64,000 nt of DNA from Mantamonas sphyraenae STR306. Lineage: Eukaryota; Protista; CRuMs. The stretch covers positions 186,001-250,000 of the forward strand of contig JAPMXV010000001.1 in the NCBI GenBank assembly GCA_026936335.1. The letters run 5' to 3'. This document shows positions 10,097 through 21,655 of this stretch, piece after piece. A program made the position numbers and the translations under genes. Positions within the stretch are counted from its first letter, which is position 1; every line of letters begins with the position of its first letter. The notes beneath the pieces were generated by a model that saw only the letters and a program-made list of their open reading frames with translations, was not told where the DNA came from and ran no database searches.

Positions 10097-11936
10097 TCAT
10101 TCATTCGACGGCGATCCCTGCACATTCTGCCTTTGCACGGGGGAAAAGTCCACCACCATGACACTGATGTTGTCAGTGCTGCCATTGTTGTACGCATAAT
10201 CACGCAGCTTCTGTGCTGCCAGCGTGGGGTCGTCCACGTACTCCATCGCATGCGACGTCACCGTCTCGTCGCTCACCACATCAAACAGGCCGTCGCATGC
10301 AAGCACCAGGAAGCTGTTGTCCGGATGGCTCACATCCACCACCTCACACACATACGGATCCGGTGACACCAGCGGCTGCAGATACCAGTCGCCAATGGCC
10401 CTGCTGACCGCCAGGATACCATTCACCCTTGAACACGACAGAGATCCCAGTGTGAACGTCGTCACATGCCCACCCAACTTGCGAATGCGCAGCTCCTCCT
10501 CGGGCAGATCCGGTTTGTGATCCAAACTCAGCCTGGTGGCTCCTGCGTCTGCGTGTGCCAACACCGCACGCGAGTCGCCTGCATTGGCCACCCATAGCCG
10601 GTTGCCCTTGGCATACGCCACCAGAGCCGTGGTGCCCCCCTGGTACCCGTCTTTGATCACCATTTGGTTGATTTCCCGAAACGCACGCGTAAACGCTCCC
10701 ACCGGCGACCACTCCTCACTGTACAAGTCCCCACTCTCCTTCTCCTCCTCGTCCAGATACCGCGCCATCATTTCGTGCAACTGTTCCGCACACACACGCG
10801 ACACATCTGCGCCTCCATGGCCATCAAACACCGCAAAGTAGTCTTCGTCCTCATTGCCACGGAACTGCCCGTGGATCACCATCTCGTCCTCCATCGTCGG
10901 CCGTCGCCCCACCGTGTCTGCACTGCCCACACTAAACCGCGACGGCTCTCCATACGTCGTCACACGGCCCTTCTTCGACTTGGACGATGAGGATTTGCCA
11001 AACAGCTGTGCACGCGCCCTTCCGTGTCAGCAGAGGGCCTTTTTGAACGCTCACCTCTTCTCCTCCCCCTCGCGCCAAGCTCCCACCCAACCTACGCTCA
11101 TCTTGGGGAATGTAAACCCTGTAGATCCCACCATTCCACATCACAACCATGACCACACACGTGCAACGCACACAACGCCACAGCACACGCCCGGTGTGTT
11201 CCCCCCGTTGTGCGTTAGTGCCAACATTTCCGACAAAAAACGTGCCTTCTCGCGCTGGTTTTGGCCCGCTGTCCACGGGCCACACACACACACGCACACA
11301 CACACAATGCCCACCAAACGCCCCACACTTACGTGACGATGACTTGGATGACGATGGGGACCCTGAATTGGACGACGAGGAGGCCGAGGAGGCCGATGAG
11401 GACGACGAGGACGACGAGGACGACGAGGCGACCATCGGTGAAAACGCACTTGGCTCTGGTTCGCGCGGAGAACCCTGCTCACCGCCATCTGTGTCCTCAT
11501 CACCCTCCTCATTGTCATTGTCATTGTCATCACCATCCACCCCGTGGCCGGCGTGTCCCTTGTCGTCTCCCTTTGCCCTTTGCTGTGCTTGTTGCTGCAG
11601 CAGAGCGTCCAGCACGTTGTTCAGTGTGCTGCGTCCGTGTTCAAACGCGGCCAAGTCCAAGTCGCCATCAGCCAACTCCAGAAACGCCTGTCCATCCCGA
11701 GACACCGTGTCAAATCCCAACTCAATCAACGTGTCCACCCCGGCCTCGTGTTTCGCCAGCAACTCGCTGAACTTGGCGTTGCCAATCCGGATGCGTCGGT
11801 ACGTCTCGTCCTGCGGGTGGTTCAGCACATTGTTCACGTAAATCAACAGAGTGTCCACTGCCTTTACGCGCAACTCCGGGTTCACAATCGACTCCAGCCG
11901 CCCGATCGCCTTGTCCAGTTGTGCGTACTGCGACAT
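10097..11936 (-). CDS. PUB-domain + PP2C phosphatase fusion, 3 exons (11936-11333, 11118-11096, 11005-10097)
   Basis: PUB motif YVNNVLNHPQDETYRRIRIGNAKF..LIELGF. PP2C motifs GRRPTMED, FDGHGG, ANAGDSRAVL, LAVSRAIGD, ACDGLFD, DNISV. Donors GTAAGT and GTAGGT and acceptors CTACAG and GCACAG keep the frame. Confidence 0.82.
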
Positions 11937-12075
11937 CCTGCCCTGCTGCCGACGATTGGATTGACTCGGCCGTCGCGCCCTGCTCACACACACACACACA
12001 CACACACATTGCCACCACATCTCCTTCCCTGCATTCTCCACACCCAAACCCATGCTTGCCTCTTCCAGCAGGTCT

Positions 12076-13692
12076 TCATTCGCCTTCACCTTCGCCTTCG
12101 CCTTCCCCGTCGTCCCCATCCCCAAACACCTCCTCCAACACCTGCCGGATAATCGTCCCTGAAAAGGGCACGCTGATCCGTTGGGCTCCCTCGTGGACAC
12201 TGCGTGTGAGCAGTTTGTGGTCGTAAAACTCGGCCAGATGCTGGTCAAAGGCGTTTTGTGTGGACGCCCAAAAGTTGTCCTGAGCCACATTGAACAAGTC
12301 CCAATAATCGATGCCCGTGCGATGACGCAGTGTGTGGCGTGCCACGTGACGAAACAGCTGTTGGGCATTGCCAATCACACTCAGCAGCACGTACTGAATC
12401 CCCTGTGTGCTGATGCTGCTCCCACCCAACAACAACGACGTCTGCATGTGCAACTCCCCCACATACGGCTCCATGCTCGGGGTGTGTTGCCACACCCAGT
12501 TGGACCGCCCCGCAGAACTCTGGTCCCACAGCAGTGCACTGTTCACATGATCCACCGACGCAAGCACCCCAAGCCCAGGCAGGGCAAACACACGTGCCAG
12601 TGCATCCCGTGCTGCGTCACTGCGCAATGATTTGCCATCCAAACTGTGCACCACCACATACACCCGTCCACCAACAGCCCCAGCCCCAGCCCCGTTCCTT
12701 CCTCTCCCCGCTCGACGCTTGCCCCACGCACGCTCCAGCTGCCGCAACGGCTCTTCGATCTGTCCACGTCCACGTGGGGGCAATCCCAACACATCAGAGG
12801 TCAGTGTGGACAGCAACTCGGCCACAGAGGCTGCGTTGGAGAATCCGTGGCACACAAGTGTCGTGCCGTCACCCAGGTGCGCCTTGACAAACCGATTCAA
12901 CATCTCCTTCTTCGATCCCAGTCCATACACAAGCACATTGAATCCTTGGCCCAGAAGGGCCTTCCATTTCGCATACTGAAGCGCATGCAGCGCTCGCAGA
13001 CGTCGTCGCTCCTCCACGTGCTTCTTTGCCGCCCCTGCAAACAGCTGCTTGCTCTCCTTGTCCGTCAACAGACCCGTCAGCGCCTGCGATGTCTTTGATG
13101 ATTTGGATCCCCCGGTCTTCCGTGAAGATGAGGAGGATGAGGACGACGAGGACGACGACGAGCTTTTCGGGCTTGCCGGCTGGTGATCAAACGGCGTGGC
13201 CGACGCAACTTTGGCTCGTTTCATCCTGTGTTTGCCTGCCATGGCCCCCTTGCCCTTTGCAGACGACCCCGACGACAACAACGTCACGTTGGGTTCAAAC
13301 ACATCGTCCAGGTGTGCCTCCACGTCATGGTGCGAGGCTAGAAAAGCAACCGGGGAGCGTTCTCGCTTCCGTGTGTTCCTGCTTCCCCTCTGTACACTTG
13401 CCATCTCCGACTCTGCCTCGTCCTCGCCCCCTGGTGACTCTGTCCCCGCTCCTCCTCCTCCTCCTCCTGAGCTGCTGCTCGTCACCTCTGTGGTCAACGC
13501 AGACGGCGACAGCGGCGTCGGCGACCTTGCCCCGAACCCAGAGGCACTCGGCGACGGCGTGATGTGTCTGCGCGACGGCAGCACCGACACTGCTCGTTTG
13601 TCGATGATCACAGGCATGTGATTGTGCATCGTTTCAATCTCCAGATCGTCCTCATCGTCCAACACCAGTGGTGGCCCCCCTGACGACCTCAT
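12076..13692 (-). CDS. ORC2: Origin recognition complex subunit 2 (start uncertain)
   Basis: GFNVLVYGLGSKK, VVHSLDG, LASVDHVNSALLWD, LAEFYDHKLL. Confidence 0.92.
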   Translation of the reverse strand: MRSSGGPPLVLDDEDDLEIETMHNHMPVIIDKRAVSVLPSRRHITPSPSASGFGARSPTPLSPSALTTEVTSSSSGGGGGGAGTESPGGEDEAESEMASVQRGSRNTRKRERSPVAFLASHHDVEAHLDDVFEPNVTLLSSGSSAKGKGAMAGKHRMKRAKVASATPFDHQPASPKSSSSSSSSSSSSSSRKTGGSKSSKTSQALTGLLTDKESKQLFAGAAKKHVEERRRLRALHALQYAKWKALLGQGFNVLVYGLGSKKEMLNRFVKAHLGDGTTLVCHGFSNAASVAELLSTLTSDVLGLPPRGRGQIEEPLRQLERAWGKRRAGRGRNGAGAGAVGGRVYVVVHSLDGKSLRSDAARDALARVFALPGLGVLASVDHVNSALLWDQSSAGRSNWVWQHTPSMEPYVGELHMQTSLLLGGSSISTQGIQYVLLSVIGNAQQLFRHVARHTLRHRTGIDYWDLFNVAQDNFWASTQNAFDQHLAEFYDHKLLTRSVHEGAQRISVPFSGTIIRQVLEEVFGDGDDGEGEGEGEGE

Positions 13693-13780
13693 CCAAGCAA
13701 TTTTCAAACTGGTCGCAAGTGCGCCGCCCCACACACTTCCACCTGCATGTGTGTCCACGTCACAATCGCACCTTGCCTCG

Positions 13781-13877
13781 GGCTAGTCCGTGAACCTTGA
13801 GTACTACGGGCTCAATCGTAGGCGGGCTAGACCTCGCTCATTGCATTTGTATGTGTGGGCGAGCCTCTCTCTTTTTT
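13781..13877 (+). ncRNA. Candidate structured RNA (two hairpins plus U-tract), unassigned
   Basis: CTAGTCCG/CGGGCTAG with inner TTGAGT/GCTCAA, then CTCGCTCA/TGGGCGAG, then T6. G-U pairs favour the + strand. Confidence 0.35.
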
Positions 13878-13934
13878 GCCGCTTTTTCAGCAATGAGATC
13901 AGCTTTTGCCAAATCAGTTTTCATTCGCCCCTTC

Positions 13935-15692
13935 CTATGCCCCATGCTTGACCAGCTTCCCGTCCTCCATGTCGCTATGGTCAGAGGAGGAGGACTGACG
14001 TCGCAGCGGCACCTGTTCGTCACGAGAAGGATGGCTACGTGGGAGCCTTGTGTCGGACCGCGCTTGTCGCCGCAGTGACCTCTCGTCGTCTCCACCCTCA
14101 GCCTCGTCATCGCCATCCTCCTCGCCACTGCTCTGCGAGGGCAAGCGCTTGGGACGTGATCGCAGCGAAAAGGCAATGAGCAATGCACTCAAGGCCTCCA
14201 GAGTGCGTGTGATGCAGAACAACAGCAGATAGGACTCGGGTGTGATGTCCATGGGGCCACTGACCAGCACAGAGGTGGTGGCCAGTGCCACCAGTGCCCA
14301 CCATAGTGCAGACAGGGTGGTGAAGCGCTGGATGACGCGCCTGCGTTCCTCCAGATGGCGAAGGTTGGCCAGCCTGTTCCAAAACTTGACACCGTAATAA
14401 AAGATGGCCAACACCAGAGCCACCACCAACACATCCCACACCACCAAATGCACCGTCATGGCCACAAAGCGAGTGTGGTCGTCGTACCTCCTCAGTGTCT
14501 GCGTGGTGACAATAAACACCGTCGTCACCGTCGACACAATCGCATACGGACGCTGAAAGACCTCCAGCGAACGAACCACGCCCACATGCAACGACGGTGT
14601 CACCAACAATGCCCAATACAGCACCACATACGCAAACCCAGCAAACCCAGCAAACGCACCCAGCCAGAAAAACACATCGCGCACAATCGCACGCCACGGC
14701 GCCGTGGATGGCGCAGGATCAATCACAAATTCCAACAGACGCAGGGCGGACCACATCAGCAGCATTGTGGTCACCTGGTATGGCATCGCATGGTTGCTGC
14801 CCGTGTCGTACAGCAGCCACAGCCGGTAGCAAAAGTACACCAGCGCCAAGCCGTACGCACTGCCAAACACCACCGCAACTGCCACGTACGCGTTGGACGC
14901 AAACAGCTCACGCCACACGCCCGCCTCTGTGTGTGACCCCATCCACACATTGTTGCACAACCACCATGTAACGCCACCGGTGGGGGTGCCATTCAGCCGT
15001 GTCAGCCAACTCCGCAAGAGGGGAAAATGAGGAAACCACGCGCGCCGGCTGAAAAACAAGGCCCCCTTCCCCACCCGCACCACGAACACAGAGGGGAGGT
15101 GTGTCCGGCTAGCAGCACATGCTCATCACACAAACCAATGGAACGTACCGGCAGTAATGGTCACGAGGACCTGTTGCCTGGTGGCCGTTTGCACCAGGGT
15201 CTGTGCGTGGCGCGCAGACACAGACACGGTGGGCAGCTTCAGGGAGCTGGTGGCTGGGTTGTCGTCCACGTCAAAGGGAGGCGAGGTCGGATCATAGTCT
15301 TCCGACCCAGGCGATCCAGGGCGAGTAAGGCCAATGACCAATGCATGGGCACCTGCCTTTTCGGCAGCATGCGCCAGCGTGGTGTAAAAGTGGCACGTGA
15401 GTGCCGTATGTACATCCCACACCACAAGCGACACGTTGCCCGTGGCCCTGGGCAGCGAGCACTCGCTCTGTGACTCTGGGATCCGTTGCACCTGCACAAC
15501 ACCCGTCACTGGAGCAAACTTGCCCCCCGGGGTTGGATTGTAGGGTGATGGCATGTGACCCAGCGACGACGGTGACTTCACCGTCAGACTCGCCACCGGA
15601 GTCGGCAACCCGCACAGCATCAGAACCAGCAGCAGAACCAGCACCCCACCTGTCGTACTCCTCATCCTCCACAACGACCCTTTCATGCTCAT
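13935..15692 (-). CDS. Signal peptide + PA domain + 7TM-like (THH1/TOM1-type) membrane protein; intron 15148-14927
   Basis: PA-like AHAAEKAGAHALVIG...LKLPTVSVS. A phase-1 GT-AG intron joins it to an exon with about 7 TM helices. Confidence 0.68.
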
Positions 15693-15926
15693 GACACCCA
15701 CCCTTGACTGTGGTGGTGATGGTGGCGGCCTCATCCTTCCCTGTGCTGCCTCCACTGGCGCACCCTCACCCTCCCACCCATCTCCTGCCCCCCCCCCCCC
15801 CCCTCTCACCCCCCTTCCCCCTTTCCCCTACCATCAACACCAGAGGAAATCTCATCGTGCATACCAATGCATGATCCTCTGTGTGGGAACCCGATCGCCT
15901 CTGCCCAACCCAACCAAAAGAAAACA

Positions 15927-18900
15927 ATGCCCTCATCCGACTCGGACGATTCCGACACAGACAATGGATCTGAACTGGCATTGCTGTTTGCCGATGGTCA
16001 GGTGCCTGTGGTATCCAGTGCTTCGGACGCCGCCAAACTGGCTCAACGCACCCTCAACGACGAACCCAGCCCTCCCGAGGCACCATCCCCTACCCCAGGT
16101 TCATCTTCCTCCTCTTCCTCCTCCTCTTCCTCCTCTCCTCTCCTGTCTCCATTGCCTTTACGTGTGACCAGGAGATCCTGGACATGGTGGCGGAGCTGAC
16201 GTCGCAGGGGGCAGTGCACCGGCACGTGGACACACCGTACCCTCGCACAGTGCGTGAGTTCTACGTGTACTATGAAGAGATTGAACAGGACGAGGATCGA
16301 CTGAACGAGTTCAAGGCCATCCAGGTGTCTGCCAACCCGGGCAAAACCATCCTGGGGTACATTCCCAAGTACGTCAACTCCTTCCTCAACTCCAATGGAG
16401 GCACCATCTACTTTGGCATCGAAGACGATGGTTTGGCCATGGGCGTCGTCCTCAGCAGGGGTCTCCGCGACAAGTTGCGTCTGCACGTCGATTACATCCT
16501 GGAGAACTTCTGGCCCCCCGTGCCCCCGGACCTGTTTGAGATGCGCTTTGTGCCTGTGGTACGCCTGACAATGGACAACAAAGTGGATGCCACCTTTCAG
16601 GAACGATGGGTGGTCGAGGTGGCTGTGGCCAAGGGCCTGGCTCCCGTCACCCTCATGGGCAAGAACAGGCCCCAGGCCTTTATCCGTCGCGAGGGTGGCT
16701 GTTTCAAGATGCACCGTGAAATGATTATGCAGAAGGTGTTCTATGAAGACACGGCCCTGGGCAAGGGTATCGAGAAGGCCAGCAAGGGCAAGTGGGAACG
16801 CCAGGACAAGCTGACGTCATCTTCGTCCTCCTCTTCCGCCGCGTCCGGCGCTTCCGGCTCTTCCGGCAGCAAGGGAAAGATCATGCAGGACAATGCATAC
16901 ACACTGGAGGAGCCACCTGAGGATGCGATGGGGCGTGAGAAGGAGGTGGATGCGCTTGTGGAGCAGGTGTTGGCCCAACGTGGACGAGGCAACGGGGTGT
17001 GTTGCGTGAGCATCCATGGACCAGGTGGCATGGGCAAAACCACCCTTGCTCTGTTGTTGGCCCAACGACTGCGTGCCAAACATGGTTACAAGGGCAACCA
17101 GTTTGCCATCAAGCTCAAGGGCAGCACCGACAACCCTGTGCCCACAGACGATGCCATGGCATACACTGTCCGTGCCTTCTACCCAAGTGCCACCATGCCC
17201 AAGAGCACCTCTGAACTCCATGCCTTCTACCTCTCCTGTTTCAGAGTCAACAAGTCCATCCTCTTTCTGGATGACGCTGCCTCCTTGGACCAGGTCCAAC
17301 ACCTCCTCCCTTCCACCCCCGTCTGCGTCATCGTCACCTCCAGACGCAATCTGGCTCTCGATGCACACGTCTCCGGTGCCATCAACTACCGTCTGGGCCG
17401 CCTGGACTACGCCGTCAGTGGCCAGCTCCTCATGAACATGTGGACCGACGCACGCGAGCGCCATCTGCGCACTCTGTCCTACAGTGGCGGTGCCTCGTCC
17501 ATGCTCGATGCCAACCAATTGACCATGGAACAGGCTGTGCAGCTGGCCGAGCTGTGTGATGGCCTGCCTCTCGCTGTGCGCGTGGTCGGCGGAATCCTGA
17601 CTAAATCCATCAACGTGCGTGTGGGCCCTCTCATGGACAAGCTGCTGAACAGCTCGCAGGCCCTGTTGCACCTGGACAACAGAGTGGTGGAGAACAGTAT
17701 GCGCACCTCGTTGGCTCTGCTCACACGTGGTCAGGCAGACCTGTTTGTGCGCTTGGGTGTGTTCCAGGGCCCCTTTGACGAAGACGCAGCAACAGCCGTG
17801 TCGGGTCTTCAGGGTGAGGATGCTGCTGTGGATGAGGTGCGTGAACGCATGGCTGTTCTCATCGACTATTCTCTGGTGGAGTTTGATGTGGGCACGTGGC
17901 AGTACCGCCTGCACGACCTTGTCCGCGAGTTTGTGCGCGGTCTGATGGCCAGCGAACACGATGCAGACACGGTGCGCATGTGGCATGCCCATGTGGTCGA
18001 CCATTACCTCAATCGTGTCCATGACTGCATTGACCTGCGCGAGGAGGATGAGGAACGGGCCTTGGCTCACTTCGACCTCATTGTCGACCCCGTGTGTGAA
18101 GCCATGCACCTTCTCCTCACCGACCCTGCCCTCTGCACCTCCCTCTCTCGAGTCCGAGGAACAGGTGCCCAACACAACGACGATGTGGATGATGACGTGG
18201 ATGATGTGGACCATGCCCAGTCGCTGGTGGCCCATCTGCTGGCAGACGCAAGGCCTCTGTTCCACGCACGCCTCGACGCACCCCACCTGCACACACTGTA
18301 CACACAGGTGTTGGAAGAGTCTGGTGATAGTATGGATGTGCACATGCGTCCTGTGCTGCTGAGTGGACTGGCATGGGCCCTGAGTGAACAGGGGATGTTT
18401 GACGAGGCGCAGAAGAGGTACGAAGAGGCAGAGCAGGCGTGTGAGAGGGAAGGGGCACCTGCACGTGTGGTGGCCCAAGTCAAGTTGGACCTGGGTGAGC
18501 TGTTGTGTGAACGGTGTGAGTATGACGAAGCGGAACGGGTGTTGGAGGAGGCGGTGCGTGTGCAGGGGGAGATTGCACGCGAGAGCACAGCCATGGCACG
18601 CACGCTGGTGGCACTGTCGTGGTTGCATGAACAGCAGGGACGATACGATGAGGCCATGGACGAGGTGAAGGAGGCGTCGCGGATGTACAGCCAGGCACAC
18701 CATGGCCAGCAACGACGCAGCGAGCAGGTGTTGTGTCTGACACGAGAAGCCAAACTGTTGAAGATCCGTGGGCAGAACAGCCAGGCGTTGGCATTGCTGC
18801 AGCAGGTGGAACAGTTGCAATGTGTGTTGTACGGAGACGAGAGTGTGGCTGTGGCACGCACACGCAAGCGGATGGCCAAGGCATTGGGCTCTCTGGGTCG

Positions 18901-20028
18901 GCATGACGAAGCATTGCAAGAGTTGGATCGATCGCTGCGTGTGCTCTCCTCTGTGTTGGGCGACAGTCATCCCAGTGTGTGCAGTGTCAAACGCTCCCTG
19001 GCCTTCAACCTCTTCTACTACCGCAGTGAGGATGCACAGGCCGAACGCATGTTCAACGAGGTGCTCGATGCATGCATGCAACGTCTGGGCAAGGATCACA
19101 TCGAAACGGTGTTCACCATGAACGATTTGGCCCTGTTGTACAACCACATGGGACGGTACGACGAGAGTGAACCCCTGTTCCTGCAGAGCCTGGACATTCG
19201 AAAGAGACTGTTTGGTGCAGAGCACCCGTACACAGCAGTGGCTCTCAATGACCTGGGCAACCTGTATCGTCTGCAGGGCAAGGACGATCTGGCGGAACAG
19301 TATCTGTGTCGAGCGCTGGACATTCGCAAGCGAAGGTTGGGACCAGGCACCCCCGAGGTGGCACGCACCATGAACAACCTGGCCATTGTGTATCGCAAGG
19401 CCAAACGCAACACGGAAGCTGCAGAGCTGTACGACGCCGCGTTGGCCATTCGCATTCGCCTGCTGGGCGAGGAACACAGTGAAGTGGCAGCCACATACAA
19501 CTCCATGGCCACCCTGTACCTGTACAAACGCGAGTATGAACGTGTCGACGAGCTGCTCCACAAGGCACTGGCCATCAACAAGCAGACCTTGGGCCATGCC
19601 CATCCCAACGTCATTCAGAACCACATCAACCTGGCCAACCTGTACCGCACCCAGAAGCGTGACGACGATGCCATCGCCAGCTTTGAGCAAGCCATTGCGC
19701 TGGTTCGTGAGTCCCAAGACGGCGACTCGGCAGAAGGTGGCCGACAAGCTGGTCAGATCAAATCCATAGTGCCTCTGTATTCCAAACTGCTGCTCAAGCG
19801 TGGAAAGGCACATCTGGCTCACGGTCGCATCGACAAGGCCACTGCCGACTTCCTCGACGCCCGACGAGTGTTCACAACCGACGGTGGCGAGTGGAGCAAG
19901 CGTCTCGCCGAGATCACACGTCTTCTGGAACGATGTCGTGTGGTGAAAGAGGAGGAAAAGAAGGACGACGACGAAGTGGTCGTCGCAGACGATGGGGTGA
20001 AAACCACGAGCGGCGCTGCAGCATCGTC

Positions 20029-20064
<36 letters not shown>

Positions 20065-20191
20065 CGAAAGCCTAATGGCCAAGACGACGCCTACAGCAAG
20101 CGTCATGCCGACGCTGATCATGGTATTCCTTTTGAGCGTGCTGATGACACTGCTCATTTGGAACTGGGAACAAACACACCCTAAAATTTGA
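15927..20191 (+). CDS. NLR-like protein: Schlafen/AlbA_2 - NB-ARC - TPR repeats - C-terminal TM (frameshift near 16158; main ORF 16184-20191)
   Basis: EDRLNEFK and FLNSNGGTIYFGIEDDG (AlbA_2). GPGGMGKTT, LFLDDA, IVTSRR, CDGLPLAV and RLHDLVR (NB-ARC). Multiple LG.(D/E)H...A..N.LA TPR repeats and a hydrophobic tail. Confidence 0.9.
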
Positions 20192-20253
20192 TTCACAATG
20201 AAATCTCACCAACGCTTCAAACCGACCAATTTACATTTCAATCAAATTTTTCA

Positions 20254-20847
20254 TTATGTTTCCTCTGTGTCAGGTTCCACTGTGTTTGTCTCTGCTTCCT
20301 CGCACATCTCTTTCAACGAGGCACGCAAAGTGTCATCGACAATCAACACGAGAGTGTGCTCCTGGAAAAACTCGCTAAAGGAGTCTCGGACAAAGCCAAG
20401 CTTCTCCTCAAAGAGAGCCAGGCTGCCGCTGTTGCTGGTGCCAATCTTGACCGTGAACTGGGTGATTGTGTCCAGGTGTGCCAGTGCATAGTGCATCATG
20501 AGACGCAAGGCGACTGTGGCGTATCCCTTGCGCCGGTAGGCTTCCTCTGCAATCATCACTTCGAGTTCTGCGTTTGCGCGGTCGGTGGGGTCCACAAAGA
20601 AGAGATTGACGTCGCCTACCATGTCTCCAGTGTCCTCGTCCACAATAATAAAGGTGAGTTTGTCATCGTCCTTCTGCCAGCTCTCCTGCATGGCGTATTC
20701 CTCGTCCAGGCTGAGCGGTTCACTCGCAGTTTGCTCCTGCAGCTTGGGGTCAGCCATCCACGCGTGGTATGTTTCCACGTGTTTGCGCTGGTACGGCACA
20801 AGCCTGACGGGCTTCAAAGTGATGCTGGTGCTCTCGTTGATGCGCAT
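20254..20847 (-). CDS. NAT9: N-acetyltransferase 9 (GNAT)
   Basis: MRINE..LVPY...HVETYHAWM...TASEPLSLDEEYAMQESW..DDDKLTFII, GDVNLF, EVMIAE. Confidence 0.95.
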   Translation of the reverse strand: MRINESTSITLKPVRLVPYQRKHVETYHAWMADPKLQEQTASEPLSLDEEYAMQESWQKDDDKLTFIIVDEDTGDMVGDVNLFFVDPTDRANAELEVMIAEEAYRRKGYATVALRLMMHYALAHLDTITQFTVKIGTSNSGSLALFEEKLGFVRDSFSEFFQEHTLVLIVDDTLRASLKEMCEEAETNTVEPDTEET

Positions 20848-20978
20848 TGGGACGGGGTGGTGGAACGAGTTTGGTTGGTTTGCAGGCAGCGAGCAAGACA
20901 CACCGGGGTTCGTTCACACAAGGGGCATCGAATGAATCTGTACATGGCATCCATCGACTATTATCACCCACCCGCCTT

Positions 20979-21510
20979 TCACATCCTCTCTTCGGGCAAG
21001 GAGAAGCCTACCCGCTTGGCAAACTTGTCGACGTCGCTCTGTTCGTCCTTGTTGTCGGCCATTCCCATGTCCAGAATGATGTCCTGTTCATGGAGACAGA
21101 TACGGGGAACGGGGAGGAGGGAAAGGTTGTGTGGTGAGCCCAGGGCTAAAGAGAAGGAGGGAGTGGGTGGGTGGAGAGAGAGAGGGGGGGGCACTCACCC
21201 TGTGGGTGCGCATGTGCTTGAAGCTCTGTGCCACCTGCCATGCTTGTGTGACCAATGTGTTTGCCTGTTGGGCATCCTGCACATCCCTATTGTCTTCAAA
21301 CTGCTGTCGAACCCACGCCCCAATCGACTGCTTGTCCAGTTGCACCTCTGTTCCGGCCATGGGCTTGGTCTTGTCTGCACGCGCCAACACAGCTGCAGGC
21401 AACAGCTCCACACCCACTTGGGCATCCCCAGCCATCCTATAGCTCTGTCGCATCAGTGCCCTGTATGTGGCAAGTGCAGATGGTCCCTTGGAGGAGGAGG
21501 AGGAGGACAT
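20979..21510 (-). CDS. Mitochondrial LYR-motif (Complex1_LYR) protein, 2 exons
   Basis: TYRALMR...VRQQFEDNRDVQD. A GTGAGT donor near 21198 and a GAACAG acceptor near 21084 join to DIILDMG..AKRVGF. Confidence 0.7.
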
Positions 21511-21655
21511 CGGCAAGGTGTGGGTGAGGGTTTGGTTTGCCTCTGCCCACGCAGGCCAAATCACAGTGGAGAAGGGTCAGGTGGTGTTTGTGTCTGTGTG
21601 TTTCTGTGTGTGTGTGTGTGTGTCTGTGTGTGTGTGTGACTGCAGTGACCAAATC

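Noticed and set aside
13791-13822. TPP riboswitch-like GAACCT...CGTAGG
   Set aside because: Lacks the CUGAGA junction and the P5 loop consensus, and no thiamine gene is adjacent.
16817-19822. 1001-aa antisense ORF (also 30527-33214, 24511-26451 and others)
   Set aside because: These are shadows of GC-biased sense genes in the antisense frame, with no recognisable motifs.
20028-20062. (AGC)n/(TCG)n poly-Ser tracts and (CA)n runs throughout the window
   Set aside because: Ordinary microsatellites and low-complexity linkers.
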